Source: Oligoflexia bacterium (GTDB lineage: Bacteria; Bdellovibrionota; Bdellovibrionia; JABDDW01). From it: a stretch of DNA of 16,652 bases. Numbering within the stretch: the first letter of the stretch is position 1; every line of letters begins with the position of its first letter. Below the pieces are notes generated by a model. It worked only from the letters and a program-made list of their open reading frames with translations, was not told where the DNA came from and did not search any database. The translations under genes were made by a program, and so were the position numbers. Location: NCBI GenBank assembly GCA_043732305.1, contig JAYTHU010000042.1:1-16652 (forward strand). The letters are read 5' to 3'. Below are positions 16,216 to 16,652 of this stretch, piece after piece.

Positions 16216-16328
16216 GGGTGAAACATCTTCTTCACGCCAAAAAACATGAGGCAGGCGACGGCCACCCCAGCGACAAGAGTAAGGATTCGAATGAGCTTAT
16301 TAGCGGTTCTAACAGTTTTGGGATCCAT
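16212..16328 (-). CDS. Putative 38-aa single-pass membrane protein (below the ORF-track cutoff)
   Basis: Hand translation MDPKTVRTANKLIRILTLVAGVAVACLMFFGVKKMFHP*. One hydrophobic stretch flanked by K/R. It fills the rsmI-tRNA gap, and its stop interlocks with the rsmI stop in a shared TTAA at 16212-16215. Confidence 0.55.
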   Translation of the reverse strand: MDPKTVRTANKLIRILTLVAGVAVACLMFFGVKKMFHP

Positions 16329-16335
16329 AATTTAA

Positions 16336-16363
16336 AGTTTATTGACGTTAGGGTAAATCACAA
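16336..16363 (-). promoter_or_regulatory. Candidate sigma70 promoter for a leaderless transcript of the 38-aa ORF
   Basis: The minus strand reads TTGTGA-16 nt-TAAACT-7 nt-ATG, with no SD in front of the ATG. Confidence 0.35.
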
Positions 16364-16372
16364 CATAAAAAT
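16342..16372 (+). promoter_or_regulatory. Candidate sigma70 promoter for tRNA-Pro
   Basis: TTGACG at 16342-16347, followed 16-18 nt later by an AT-rich CATAAAAAT. The -10 match is imperfect. Confidence 0.3.
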
Positions 16373-16404
16373 ACATTGTCTTTCACGTTTCAAGTCCATT
16401 TTTT

Positions 16405-16481
16405 CGGCGCGTGGCTCAGCCTGGTAGAGCACCTGCTTCGGGAGCAGGGGGTCGTTGGTTCGAATCCAATCGCGCCGACCA
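16405..16481 (+). tRNA. trnP: tRNA-Pro (anticodon CGG)
   Basis: 77-nt cloverleaf. Acceptor CGGCGCG/CGCGCCG, D arm GCTC-AGCCTGGTA-GAGC, anticodon arm CCTGC-TTCGGGA-GCAGG, T arm GTTGG-TTCGAAT-CCAAT, discriminator A and encoded CCA. Confidence 0.97.
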
Positions 16482-16593
16482 TTTCAAGTTCCTCATAAAT
16501 TGTGTCGAATAGTAGTTGAGGAATGTATGAGGAATAATGAACATTATAATTTAAAAACCCAAATCCGAAGATCGAATAAGTCGAAAAATTACG

Positions 16594-16616
16594 AACCACC
16601 TAAAGGTGGTTTTTTT
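16594..16616 (+). terminator. Rho-independent terminator
   Basis: AACCACC-TAAA-GGTGGTT hairpin followed by a T-run (T7 counting the stem Ts), about 110 nt downstream of the tRNA. Confidence 0.75.
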
Positions 16617-16652
16617 GTGTCTGGATGTTGCCGTTTATGATTTTCGCGGGCA

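Noticed and set aside
14692..16481. Idea that TtcA modifies the neighbouring tRNA
   Set aside because: This tRNA-Pro has U at position 32, whereas TtcA thiolates C32 of certain Arg/Ser tRNAs.
16173..16640. ORFs 16173..16427, 16390..16599 and 16455..16640 as given in the track
   Set aside because: Each overlaps the tRNA-Pro gene, the classic source of spurious translations.
1..16652. CRISPR array, IS element or prophage genes
   Set aside because: No regularly spaced repeats, transposase, integrase or phage-like genes were seen by eye.

Overview
Chromosomal-looking bacterial region, most plausibly from a Bdellovibrionota or related predatory lineage (inferred from gene content, not from a database search). 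Positions 1-11622 hold one tightly coupled minus-strand gene string encoding an Agl-Glt-type adventurous gliding/envelope motor. In transcription order it reads: tandem GYF_2 + PilZ protein, VWA-like lipoprotein, AglR/AglQ/AglS-like proton-channel motor, GltD-, GltE-, GltF- and GltG-like proteins, an outer-membrane beta-barrel (GltA/B-like), and a GltC-like TPR protein that runs off the left edge. A near-consensus sigma28 (FliA) promoter precedes this string. The right part holds a HAD hydrolase, a divergent GT-C membrane glycosyltransferase, a Nudix hydrolase, ttcA, rsmI, a probable unannotated 38-aa membrane protein, tRNA-Pro(CGG) and a terminator. The most interesting signal is the front end of the gliding operon: a cyclic-dinucleotide-receptor-like GYF-GYF-PilZ protein, a VWA lipoprotein whose MIDAS motif has lost its Asp, and the sigma28 promoter. 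No CRISPR array, rRNA or mobile element was seen.
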